Source of the DNA: Desulfuromonadales bacterium
GTDB lineage: Bacteria > Desulfobacterota > Desulfuromonadia > Desulfuromonadales > JAAYDE01
Length of the DNA: 64,000 nucleotides
Reading direction: 5' to 3'
Assembly (NCBI GenBank): GCA_963665915.2
Contig: CAXXSG010000011.1
Coordinates: 68,979 to 132,978 of the forward strand
Below are positions 44,991 to 54,545 of this stretch, piece by piece. The position numbers and the translations under genes are program-made. Numbering within the stretch: the first letter of the stretch is position 1; every line of letters starts with the position of its first letter. The notes under the pieces are model-generated. The model saw only the letters and a program-made list of their open reading frames with translations, was not told the origin of the DNA and did not search any database.

Positions 44991-46823
44991 ATGTCCTTTC
45001 AGGAAAAAAAACAGTTTCGAATTCTTGTTGCAGTTGTTGTCGGGATTTTTTTAATTCTTATTCTGCGTCTTTGGTATCTGCAGATCATCAATACCGACGG
45101 TTTTCGCACCCAATCTGAAGAGAACCGGACCCGCTATGTTCTGATCCCTGCGGAACGCGGTCCTCTCTTTGATCGAAACGGGGATTTACTGGTTGAAAAT
45201 CGACCTTCCTTCAACATTCTTGCGTTGCGCCAGGAAGTCGGGGATCGTGAGGAACTTTTTTCTGCGCTTGCCAAATTGATGGGGGTCGAGGCGGCGGAAC
45301 TGGAAAAAAACTGGCAGCACTCCAAAGCTCTTCCTCCCTATATTCCCGTTTTGCTGGCTGAAGATGTCGGCTGGGATACGATGGAAAAAATTGAAGAGAA
45401 CACAGTAACCCTTCCAGGCATCCTGGTTGAACCTCAGCCGATGCGGGCCTATCCTCATGGGGTCATGGCTGCTCACCTTCTCGGTTATCTGGGGCAGGTT
45501 ACGGAGAAAGAATTGAGAAGTCCTGGCTTTGAGGATTACTATCCCGGAGCTTATGTCGGCAAGAGTGGCCTGGAAAAGGTCCTTGACCCCTATCTGCGGG
45601 GTTCCCCCGGCGAACATCGCATCGAAGTGGATGTCAAAGGGAAAATGCTGCGGGTTCTCAAAACAAGGGAACCCAAGCCTGGGAATCGTGTTTTTTTGAC
45701 CATCCGAAAAGACCTTCAGGAGGCGGCTGAAAAAGCTTTCGGGGATCAGGCCGGGGCCGCGGTGGCTCTGGATATTCATAGCGGAGAGGTTTTGGCCATG
45801 GTCAGCCGTCCCGGCTTCAATCCGGCCCATTTTGCTCGTGGAATCCGTGGGGAGGAATGGAAAAAAATCCTTACGGACTCGCGCCACCCTCTTCAGAATA
45901 AGGCTATCAAAGGGCAGTATCCACCGGGTTCAACTTTTAAAATCGTAACCGCCTTGGCGGCTTTGAAGGCGGGCACTGCAACGCCGGAGACTGTCGTTTA
46001 TTGCCCCGGGAGCGTTAAATATGGAAACCGCAGATTTCGCTGTTGGAAAAGGGGCGGACATGGTTGGACCGACATCAGAAAGGCGGTGAAAGAGAGTTGT
46101 GATGTCTATTTTTACAAAGTGGGGTATGAACTTGGCATTGATCAGCTTTCCGAAACCGCCAAAAATCTGGGCCTGGGCGCCCGAACCGGAATCGACCTCG
46201 ATGGGGAAAAGAAAGGCCTGATGCCGGATCGGGACTGGAAATGGAAGCGTTTCGGCGAGAAATGGTATGATGGTGAAACCGTTAATGCATCCATCGGTCA
46301 GGGCTTTGTCTTAGCCACCCCCATTCAACTGGCGGTGATGACCGCTGCCGTAGCCAATGGCGGCAAGGTCATGAAACCCTATGTTGTTTCCCGTGTGGAG
46401 CACTGGAGCGGCCAAAAACTTCTGGAAAATGAACCGACCGTGGTGAGGGAAGTTAAATTTGAAAAGAGGCACCTGAAAGCGGTTTCAGAAGGGCTTGAAG
46501 CGGCGGTTAATGAAAGAAAGGGGACCGCCTGGACAAGTCGTCTCGAAGGGGTTCGGATTGCGGGAAAAACCGGTACCGCCCAGGTGGTGAAGCTCAAAGA
46601 GAAATTGGGGAAAAATACCGCTGAGGAAGATATTCCTTATCGTTTTCGGGACCATGCTTTATTTGTTGCTTATGCCCCTGTTGAAGCGCCTGAAATAGCC
46701 GTCGCCGTGGTTGTTGAGCATGGCAGCCATGGCGGGAGCGTGGCTGCACCAATCACCCAGGCGATTTTCAGTCATTATTTCGGTATCGAAGTGCCTGACG
46801 AGGAGACTCCTCCTGGTGGATGA
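44991..46823 (+). CDS. mrdA: Penicillin-binding protein 2 (elongasome transpeptidase)
   Basis: 610 aa. N-terminal anchor, RG-x-I-DRNG-like GPLFDRNG, active-site STFK (PGSTFKIV), SxN and KTGTAQ motifs. Confidence 0.9.
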   Translation: MSFQEKKQFRILVAVVVGIFLILILRLWYLQIINTDGFRTQSEENRTRYVLIPAERGPLFDRNGDLLVENRPSFNILALRQEVGDREELFSALAKLMGVEAAELEKNWQHSKALPPYIPVLLAEDVGWDTMEKIEENTVTLPGILVEPQPMRAYPHGVMAAHLLGYLGQVTEKELRSPGFEDYYPGAYVGKSGLEKVLDPYLRGSPGEHRIEVDVKGKMLRVLKTREPKPGNRVFLTIRKDLQEAAEKAFGDQAGAAVALDIHSGEVLAMVSRPGFNPAHFARGIRGEEWKKILTDSRHPLQNKAIKGQYPPGSTFKIVTALAALKAGTATPETVVYCPGSVKYGNRRFRCWKRGGHGWTDIRKAVKESCDVYFYKVGYELGIDQLSETAKNLGLGARTGIDLDGEKKGLMPDRDWKWKRFGEKWYDGETVNASIGQGFVLATPIQLAVMTAAVANGGKVMKPYVVSRVEHWSGQKLLENEPTVVREVKFEKRHLKAVSEGLEAAVNERKGTAWTSRLEGVRIAGKTGTAQVVKLKEKLGKNTAEEDIPYRFRDHALFVAYAPVEAPEIAVAVVVEHGSHGGSVAAPITQAIFSHYFGIEVPDEETPPGG

Positions 46824-47926
46824 GCTTTATGTTTGATAGAAGATTACTGACTCATTTCGACTGGTTTTTTCTGCTTCTCATCCTGTTTGTTTCGACGATC
46901 GGGATTCTCAACCTTTATAGTGCCACCTTCTCCTGGAAAACCTATGGGGCGCCGATATTTTTGAAGCAGATTTACTGGCTGGGGATGGGGATATCCATCG
47001 CGCTTGGCATGTGTATTTTCGATTATCGCAAACTCAAGCGTCTGGGATGGCCCCTTTATATTATTACCCTGGGTTTGCTTGGCTGGGTTCTGCTTTTTGG
47101 GAAGACATCCATGGGGGCCACACGCTGGATTGATCTCGGATTTTTCAATCTTCAGCCCAGTGAAGTCATGAAGGTTGTGATTGTTCTTGTGTTGGCTTGC
47201 TATTTTAATGAACGATTTTATCCTTTGGGCTGTTCATTGCGGGACCTGATGGTCCCTTTTCTGCTCCTGTTGATTCCTTTCGGCCTGGTTATCAAACAAC
47301 CGGACTTGGGAACCGGCCTTCTGATTCTGTTCATCGGCGCCACCACCCTGCTTTTTATACGAATCCGCGTCAAAACTTTATTGACCCTTCTGGTATGCGG
47401 AGGCTTGACTCCTATTTTCGGTTGGTTTTTTCTCAAAGATTATCAGAAGTTACGTATTTATTCCTTTCTCGATCCTGAGCGGGACCCATTGGGGGCCGGG
47501 TACCATATCATTCAGTCAAAAATCGCCGTCGGGAGTGGGGGGTTCTGGGGTAAAGGGTTCATGCATGGCACCCAGTCCCAACTCTCTTTTCTCCCCGAGC
47601 GGCACACGGACTTCGCCTTTTCGGTTTTTGCCGAAGAGTGGGGTTTTGCCGGGTGTGCGGCGCTTCTGCTCATTTATCTCCTCATCGTGGCCTGGGGCTT
47701 TTTCATTGCCTATCGCGCTTCGGACCGTTTTGGTAAACTGTTGGCCGTGGGTGTTGTATGCATGTTTTTCTGGCATGTGGTGGTCAACCTGGGGATGGTC
47801 ATCGGGCTTCTCCCGGTGGTAGGGGTTCCTCTGCCGCTCTTTTCCTATGGTGGAACGAGCATGGTCACGACTATGATCGGCACCGGTCTGCTGTTGAATG
47901 TGAGCATGCGGCGTTTCATGTTTTGA
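46820..47926 (+). CDS. rodA: Rod shape-determining protein RodA (SEDS glycosyltransferase)
   Basis: 368 aa polytopic. QPSEVMK, PDLGT and LPERHTDFAF motifs. ATGA overlap with mrdA. Confidence 0.9.
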   Translation: MSFMFDRRLLTHFDWFFLLLILFVSTIGILNLYSATFSWKTYGAPIFLKQIYWLGMGISIALGMCIFDYRKLKRLGWPLYIITLGLLGWVLLFGKTSMGATRWIDLGFFNLQPSEVMKVVIVLVLACYFNERFYPLGCSLRDLMVPFLLLLIPFGLVIKQPDLGTGLLILFIGATTLLFIRIRVKTLLTLLVCGGLTPIFGWFFLKDYQKLRIYSFLDPERDPLGAGYHIIQSKIAVGSGGFWGKGFMHGTQSQLSFLPERHTDFAFSVFAEEWGFAGCAALLLIYLLIVAWGFFIAYRASDRFGKLLAVGVVCMFFWHVVVNLGMVIGLLPVVGVPLPLFSYGGTSMVTTMIGTGLLLNVSMRRFMF

Positions 47927-48107
47927 CGAGTGTCCCGTCCTGTTAAGCCTGTCTTCAAATTCAGCCTCCTTTTGGCATTGCCTGTATTGCACCAACTTCT
48001 TTGCAAACCAAATCCAATTCCTCTTGGTTGTAACCTGATCTACTGCCGGAAATCCCGTCGGAGAATAGAGTTTATTCGTGGTATTCTTTTTCTAAAAGGA
48101 GGGAATC

Positions 48108-49121
48108 ATGCACGAGGCTCTTTTCTGGGAAGAACTCTCGGCCTTGAAGGTCCAGTGCCGCCTGTGTAGATTTTTTTGCGTGATCGGACCGGGAGAACGA
48201 GGTCGTTGCGGGGTGCGGGAAAACAGGGGAGGAAAGCTTTACTCTCTGGTTTACGGCAAAGCCATTGCCGAAAACATTGACCCGATCGAAAAAAAACCCC
48301 TTTTCCACTTTCTGCCCGGCAGTCGCAGCTATTCAATCGCTACGGCGGGATGCAATTTTCGCTGTCTTCATTGCCAGAACTATCAGATTTCCCAGGTGGC
48401 CGGTGTCGATCTGGAACGCTCCGGTTTTGATCTGCCGGCGGCAACGGCTGTGGCACGTGCCGAGGCAGGCGGTTGCGCCAGCATCGCCTACACCTACACC
48501 GAGCCAACCATCTATTTGGAATATGCCCTCGATATCGCTATGCTTGCCCGGGAAAAGGGACTCCGCAACGTCTTTGTTACCAACGGATATACCGGACCTG
48601 AAGCACTGGCAGCCACCGCCCCTTTCCTTGATGCGGCCAATGTGGATCTCAAAGGTTTTTCCGAGAGTTTTTATCGGGAAGTTACTGGGGCAGGACTTCA
48701 GGGAGTTCTCGAAACGCTCATCCTTTACAAAAAGCTGGGTATCTGGCTGGAGGTCACCACTCTGGTGATTCCGGACTGTAATGATTCGGAAGATGAGCTG
48801 GAGAACATCGCCCACTTTATTGCCGGAGAACTTGGGACTGGCACCCCCTGGCATATCACCGCCTTTTATCCCACCTACAAAATGCTCGACAAGCCCCGGA
48901 CGCCGGTGTCCACTTTGCGGCGGGCGAGGGAAATTGGCCTGGAGGCGGGCCTTCAGTTTGTTTACGTGGGGAACATCCCGGGAGAGGAGGGGGAGAACAC
49001 TTTCTGCCCAGCCTGTGGCCGTAAGGTCATAGACCGCAGCGGTTTTTCCCTGCGCGATGTGCGAGTGAAAGAAGGCAAGTGCGATTTCTGCGGCGAGAAC
49101 TTGCCGGGAATCTGGAAGTGA
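48108..49121 (+). CDS. amrS: AmmeMemoRadiSam system radical SAM enzyme
   Basis: 337 aa. N-terminal Cys pairs (CRLCRFFC...RGRCGVREN), radical SAM CNFRCLHCQN and a C-terminal CPAC...CDFC, as in this family. Confidence 0.75.
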   Translation: MHEALFWEELSALKVQCRLCRFFCVIGPGERGRCGVRENRGGKLYSLVYGKAIAENIDPIEKKPLFHFLPGSRSYSIATAGCNFRCLHCQNYQISQVAGVDLERSGFDLPAATAVARAEAGGCASIAYTYTEPTIYLEYALDIAMLAREKGLRNVFVTNGYTGPEALAATAPFLDAANVDLKGFSESFYREVTGAGLQGVLETLILYKKLGIWLEVTTLVIPDCNDSEDELENIAHFIAGELGTGTPWHITAFYPTYKMLDKPRTPVSTLRRAREIGLEAGLQFVYVGNIPGEEGENTFCPACGRKVIDRSGFSLRDVRVKEGKCDFCGENLPGIWK

Positions 49122-49139
49122 TATTTGCTGTCGACCGGG

Positions 49140-51260
49140 TCACATGGCCGTCAATAAGACAGAAGTGGCGGATTGGTTTTTTTGTTCCTTCCCGAAATCT
49201 ATTTTCAGAAACGCGTCAATCACTTCAGGATCAAAATGTTTTCCAGAATTCTCTTTGAGCAGGTCTAAAATGCGTGAATTCTCCCAGCCGGGACGATAGG
49301 GGCGGTCCGAGGAGAGCGCATCATAAACATCGGCAACCGCCAGGATGCGCCCCGCCAGTGGAATCTGTTCGCCTTTCAAACCCTTGGGGTAACCACTGCC
49401 GTCAAAACGTTCGTGGTGATGCAAAATGGGAGGGATAATCTCCTCAAAGGTATTGAGTGGTTCCAGGATACGGACACCCAGGGAAGGATGTTGTTTGATG
49501 GTATTGAATTCTTCATCCGAAAGTTTTCCAGGTTTGTCCAGGATGGAAGCGGGTACGCCGATTTTTCCGATATCGTGGAGCAGACCGGCCTGGTCGAGTT
49601 TTTCCATCTCCGGTTTTGAAAGCCCCATATTCTTCCCTATTTGAACCGCCAGTTTGGCCACTCGTTCCGAATGGCCTGCCGTCCAGGGAGACTTGATGTC
49701 AACCGCCCGGGCTAGGGCTCGCAGAGTCCCCCGGCTCAAAGAATTCAGATCCTCTACCAGTTTGGCATTGGACAAAGTGATGGAAAGTTGATCGGCAATG
49801 CGATGTCCCAAAACGAAGTCTTCTTCATTGGAAATGGAAGTGTTCGGGCGTCCCCGGGCCAGAAAACCGGTTAATTTGCCAGACGTGAAAAAGGGTGCAA
49901 GTGCAAAGTCGCTTAACCCTTCTTTTTGAAGTGGAGTCAGAAACTCGGGAATATCCTCTCCCTGAGAAAAGGAGAGAGTTTTCGGGGCGGTATTCAGAAG
50001 CTTCAGTTCTTCCTCGGTAAGCTTGAAAGGCTTCGGATAGGGTGTGATTTCCGCGTCGACTTTTTCGCTAATATATGCCTGAGCGTTTCCCCTTTGATCA
50101 ACCAGATATAAGGATGTGTCCAGGAACTTTTCACTCAGGGCGGAGAGGAGTGAAAGAATGATGGAGGATGACCCTTGAGAGGAAAAAGCCGTATGGCTAA
50201 TTCTCTCGATTGCAGTCAGTGTATCGAATTGTTTGGAAAGTTTGACGGACATTTCGTTGAAGGAAACCGCCAGCTCCTGAAATTCGTCATGGCTGTCAAC
50301 AGTAACCCGGCTCTTGAAATCTCCTTCGGCAACCTGGACCGTTCCTTTCTTCAATATCTGCAAAGGGATGAGATTTTTGCGGATGGAAGCAATAGTGAAG
50401 AGCAGAACGAACCAAATGGACAACAGAACGACAAGCAGAAAAATTCGTTTAAATTGATCTAGCGGCGCCTGTATGAGCGCTTTTTTCTGTGCCAGGACAA
50501 TTTTCCAGCTGGGGGCATGAAAATGCGACTTAAGGAAAATGGACCATTCGGAAGTCAGATATTTTTGAGAACCGTTTTCCAATTCCAGGTGATTGGCTGG
50601 TAAAGGTAAAATATTTAAGTTGTCGGACGCAGGGAGCGACTGAATCAGAATATGGTTGTTTTCATCGCGAACGCAGATTTTGGTGTTTGCCGGTAAATTA
50701 TTTTGTGCTCCTACCCCCCAGAGATAAGAAATATTCACTTCCCCGACCAGAATCCCGTTCTGTGTATGTTTTGGATCAACAGCTGTCATCAGAAAAACCC
50801 TGGCGGGTTTGCCGGGAACTTCCAGGGTGGTGATCGCCGTTTTTCCTGAAAGCAAGAGATCTATTGTTGTTTGGGAAATCGGGGGAGGGTTTTGACAACT
50901 TTGGCAGAGGGGGATAATCTGATTATTTTCCGTGAGAATAAATTTGGATATTAACCGGGGAAAATCAGCATTGTGGTCTGTTGGGTCATGGTGAATCCAG
51001 TTGTGTTCATATTCCTGGTGGATGTACAGCGCCGTATTCTTCAGCTCACTTTCAAGGAGCAGCAGCTTTTCGAAAATGGCCATTCCGCGGGCTTTGGTGG
51101 TTCTTTTGAGGTGGTCCTGGGCAAAATTTTCGAAATGTTGTGTTACATGAGTGATGCTCACAGCGAAAAGGACCAGAATGGGAACCAATGCGCAAAGGAC
51201 GAAGGAGAAGAACATTCGCCGTGCGAGCCTGCTGCGGAATATGTTTTTTTCCAGTTTCAT
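49140..51260 (-). CDS. Membrane sensor HD-GYP phosphodiesterase (periplasmic sensor - HAMP - GAF-like - HD-GYP)
   Basis: 706 aa. Two TM segments flank a region of about 250 aa. HAMP (VAEGDFKSRVTVDSHDEFQELAVSFNEM), then HDIGKIGV and HHERFDGSGYPKGL. Confidence 0.8.
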   Translation of the reverse strand: MKLEKNIFRSRLARRMFFSFVLCALVPILVLFAVSITHVTQHFENFAQDHLKRTTKARGMAIFEKLLLLESELKNTALYIHQEYEHNWIHHDPTDHNADFPRLISKFILTENNQIIPLCQSCQNPPPISQTTIDLLLSGKTAITTLEVPGKPARVFLMTAVDPKHTQNGILVGEVNISYLWGVGAQNNLPANTKICVRDENNHILIQSLPASDNLNILPLPANHLELENGSQKYLTSEWSIFLKSHFHAPSWKIVLAQKKALIQAPLDQFKRIFLLVVLLSIWFVLLFTIASIRKNLIPLQILKKGTVQVAEGDFKSRVTVDSHDEFQELAVSFNEMSVKLSKQFDTLTAIERISHTAFSSQGSSSIILSLLSALSEKFLDTSLYLVDQRGNAQAYISEKVDAEITPYPKPFKLTEEELKLLNTAPKTLSFSQGEDIPEFLTPLQKEGLSDFALAPFFTSGKLTGFLARGRPNTSISNEEDFVLGHRIADQLSITLSNAKLVEDLNSLSRGTLRALARAVDIKSPWTAGHSERVAKLAVQIGKNMGLSKPEMEKLDQAGLLHDIGKIGVPASILDKPGKLSDEEFNTIKQHPSLGVRILEPLNTFEEIIPPILHHHERFDGSGYPKGLKGEQIPLAGRILAVADVYDALSSDRPYRPGWENSRILDLLKENSGKHFDPEVIDAFLKIDFGKEQKNQSATSVLLTAM

Positions 51261-51276
51261 TTCAGATTTAACCTAA

Positions 51277-51837
51277 TCAGTAATCGGAGACGAGCCCGAC
51301 GAAAGAGCCGTCGCCTGCCCGGACAATGTCGTCCTGGCTTGCCTTGGCGGTGAATGGTGTCGAGCTTTTCCCATCCTTGCCCATGCTGTACAAATCGTAG
51401 TCCGAATTGACCGGGACCATGGAGTGGTCCTTGCGCAATTTGCCCTTTCCCTTAACGGTTCCACCTTTGATTTTCAGATATTTATAAGGGTTCCCCCAGG
51501 GGTCAAGAAAGTTTTCCCGGCCGATTTCGGCGAGGCTGTCGGGATATTCGCCATTATCAATAGAATATACGAGTATTTCCGACTCCAGAATTTTGACCTC
51601 GGAGATAGCTCTCTCCACTTCTGTCTTTTTAAGATATTTGGAATATTGGGGAACTGCGATGGCTGCCAGTGTCCCGATGATGGCCAGGACGATCATCAGT
51701 TCCAACAGGGTAAAGCCACAGCATCCGGTCTTTGCCTTTGAAATCAAGCTTTTGGATTTCTGAAAGTAATAGCGTTTCAAGGCAATATCTTTTTCCAATA
51801 TCCAAAATGCAGAAAATTCAGTCAGGATGCAGGGCAA
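51277..51837 (-). CDS. GspG-like type II secretion major pseudopilin (orphan)
   Basis: [25 protein letters not shown] prepilin motif plus DPWGNPYKY and DLYSMGKDG, typical of GspG. The leader looks long, so the true start may be TTG near 51780. Confidence 0.7.
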   Translation of the reverse strand: MPCILTEFSAFWILEKDIALKRYYFQKSKSLISKAKTGCCGFTLLELMIVLAIIGTLAAIAVPQYSKYLKKTEVERAISEVKILESEILVYSIDNGEYPDSLAEIGRENFLDPWGNPYKYLKIKGGTVKGKGKLRKDHSMVPVNSDYDLYSMGKDGKSSTPFTAKASQDDIVRAGDGSFVGLVSDY

Positions 51838-52217
51838 GTGGTTTGAATTTAACGCCTTGTTTTTCCCGGATAACTTTTTCTTCGAAGACAGAAAGAGTTA
51901 TTGTCCAAATTATGTGCCAAGCCCAATTTTTTTAAATGAGCGGCAAAAGGATATCCATAGAAGTTTTTGATATTTAATGTTTTTTTTGGCTAGGGCTTGC
52001 TCAGGCCCATTAAAGAGGTGGGCTTTGGGAAATGACTGGATTTGTATTTGAAATTAACATGAGAGGATTTTCAAAGAGGGACTTGAAATTGACAAAAATG
52101 TACCATCCAAGCGACATTCAACGTCAAAAAGAAAAGTACGCTTTCCGCCAGTGAGGCCAGTAATAAATAGGGGATCATTGAAAGCTGATTGGAGGGTTAG
52201 TAAAAAGGTTTCCCCCT

Positions 52218-53426
52218 TTACTCCTCGCTGGTCATAATGAATTGAGGCTGTCCGCTGAAAGTTTCATAAATCGGCCGCATCCGGTCGGGATTGTAATATT
52301 TTTTAACATTAACCACCTTTTTCTCTCCCGTGACGATGTCAATGGGGACGCTGTTGTAACAGCCGTTGCGCAGGCAGATGAGAAGACCTGAGCGTTTGGA
52401 GAGAATAAGGTCGAGGGCGAGGTTGCCGAAGGCCATGGGAACGATGGAATCGGTAGCGTCCGGGTCTCCGCAGCGGACCAGATAGCCGAGCCTCTGGCTG
52501 ACGATATTGATGCCCTTTCCCTGGGTGTGTTCAGCGGACCTTTCTTTCAGGATGGCTGCAACCCGGTCGCCGATCCCGCCGAGTTTGCGGTGGCCGTACT
52601 GGTCCGCTTGGTCGCTTTCAAAAGACATGTCCGTGTCATGCAGCATCTGGGCTCCTTCCGAGACCAGGACCACGGCATATTTGCTTGGATGGTGGTTGCG
52701 GTCATGGATCAGGAGTTCGGTGAGGCGCTCCATGTCAAAGGGATGTTCCGGGATGACGCAACGGTCGGCGGCACCGGCCATGGTCGGCAGCATGGCAGTG
52801 AAGCCCGCGTAACGGCCAAAAACTTCGATGACCAGGAAACGTTCGTGAGAGCCTGCCGTGGTGCGGAGTTTATGAGTCAGCTCTATGGTGCGTGTCACAC
52901 AGGTGCTGAAGCCGATGCAATAGTCCGTCCCCGGGACGTCATTGTCCATGGTTTTGGGAATGGCCACGATTTTAACGCCCTCTTCATGAAGGCGCTTGGC
53001 GTAGCTGAGGGTGTCGTCGCCGCCGATAGCTATCAAGTAATCAATGCCTAGGAACTCCAGATTTTTGAGGATTTCCGGCGTGATATCGTTGATCTCGTTT
53101 GGATACTCATCCCGAAGGTGAAGGGGAACGATATTCAGGGGAAGGTGGCTGGGCCGGGTGCGGGATGTGTGCAGAAAAGTCCCCCCGGTTCTGCCCGCGC
53201 GGTTGACAATATCCTCGGTAAGGACCTGTACATGGGAGGCGTTGTCAGCCCCTTTATTTGGTATCAGGTCCACCAGACCGCCCCATCCGCGGCGGATTCC
53301 CAGTACCCGGTAGCCTTCACGCAGGGCGCGATAGGTGACGGCGCGAATAGCCGGATTGAGCCCGGGGACATCCCCGCCGCCGGTGAGAATGCCTAAAGTC
53401 CCTTTAATAGCGGCCATAATGTTCAC
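52218..53426 (-). CDS. pfp: 6-phosphofructokinase, with residues indicating a pyrophosphate-dependent enzyme
   Basis: 402 aa. GILTGGGDVPGLN, then IGGDDT (Asp where ATP-PFKs have Gly in GGDG) and PKTMDND (Lys where ATP-PFKs have Gly). These are the two positions classically used to tell PPi-dependent from ATP-dependent enzymes. Confidence 0.75.
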   Translation of the reverse strand: MNIMAAIKGTLGILTGGGDVPGLNPAIRAVTYRALREGYRVLGIRRGWGGLVDLIPNKGADNASHVQVLTEDIVNRAGRTGGTFLHTSRTRPSHLPLNIVPLHLRDEYPNEINDITPEILKNLEFLGIDYLIAIGGDDTLSYAKRLHEEGVKIVAIPKTMDNDVPGTDYCIGFSTCVTRTIELTHKLRTTAGSHERFLVIEVFGRYAGFTAMLPTMAGAADRCVIPEHPFDMERLTELLIHDRNHHPSKYAVVLVSEGAQMLHDTDMSFESDQADQYGHRKLGGIGDRVAAILKERSAEHTQGKGINIVSQRLGYLVRCGDPDATDSIVPMAFGNLALDLILSKRSGLLICLRNGCYNSVPIDIVTGEKKVVNVKKYYNPDRMRPIYETFSGQPQFIMTSEE

Positions 53427-53797
53427 CTCATGTTTGTTTAGGGTTTTAAATTTGATTTATTCCGGACATGACGACATGAGAAAAAATGGCCTTGAAAAAT
53501 CACAGCAAAGTAGAGTCTGTTTCGCGACCTATCCAGGAATTGACAAAGAAGCTCATAAAGGCCGGAACTGTATTTTTGCGCTTACAATGTTCAGTCTGAC
53601 ATTTTTCCGGACAATTGCAAGGGGGCGTAAATAAGTGGCGGCATATTTCAGTGCAAGGGTGGAGCCTTGGGAAAGATCTCCTGCGCTGGTTGATTTAGGA
53701 AAAGCTAAAAAAGACCTGGCCCCTCTTGGAACCAAGTCTTTTTTAGTATGAAGGTCTTTATCAAAAGCCTAACAGTCTCCGGACTTTTTTTTGCGCA

Positions 53798-54391
53798 TCA
53801 GTCCAGGCAGGAGTTGACAAAATCCCAGTTGACCAGGCTGTCGAGAAAAGCTGTCAGGTAGTCGGGGCGCCGGTTCTGGAAATCGAGATAATAGGCGTGT
53901 TCCCAGACATCGATGGTCAACAGCGGTTTCTGGCCATGGGCGATGGGGGTGTCGGCATTGGCGGTTTTGGTGACTTTCAGTTTTCCTCCCTCTAGGATCA
54001 GCCATGCCCAGCCGCTGCCGAACTGGGTGGCGCCAGCAGTTTTCATCTCTTCCTTGAAGGCGTCGAAGCTTCCGAAATCGGCCTTGATTTTATCCGCGAC
54101 AGGCCCTGTGGGGGGGCCTCCTCCGTTCGGCTTCATGCACTGCCAGTAGAAGGAATGGTTCCAGACCTGAGCCATGTTGTTGAAGATGCCGACTTTAGAG
54201 CCGTCACCGGCGGTTTTGCGAATGATAGTTTCCAGATCCAGATTTTCAAGTTCAGTTCCGGCAATGAGTTTGTTGCCGTTGGTTACGTAGGCGTTGTGAT
54301 GCTTGCCGTGATGGAAGTCGAGGGTCCTGGAGCTGATGACTGGCTCCAGTGCGTCTTTCGGGTAAGGTAATTCCATTAGTGTGATAGCCAT
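53798..54391 (-). CDS. sodB: Superoxide dismutase, Fe type
   Basis: 197 aa. [16 protein letters not shown] (Fe-type Gln position), [18 protein letters not shown]. Confidence 0.9.
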   Translation of the reverse strand: MAITLMELPYPKDALEPVISSRTLDFHHGKHHNAYVTNGNKLIAGTELENLDLETIIRKTAGDGSKVGIFNNMAQVWNHSFYWQCMKPNGGGPPTGPVADKIKADFGSFDAFKEEMKTAGATQFGSGWAWLILEGGKLKVTKTANADTPIAHGQKPLLTIDVWEHAYYLDFQNRRPDYLTAFLDSLVNWDFVNSCLD

Positions 54392-54545
54392 TGTACGTCC
54401 TTTCCTTAAAATAATGATTAGATATCAAGAGAAAGAATAACATGAAACCGGGAATTGAAAAGTTTTGAGCAAGGCTTATTTTACGGGAGGGTAGGCAAGA
54501 GTTTCTTGAGCCGGCTTGGCGTCGGGAAGGGGATGGCGGTTTTTG

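Noticed and set aside
52069-52164. 31-codon ORF (MRGFSKRDLKLTKMYHPSDIQRQKEKYAFRQ) in the pfk-pseudopilin intergenic region
   Set aside because: It has no ribosome-binding site and no hydrophobic or other recognisable character. It probably arose by chance in an A+T-rich spacer.
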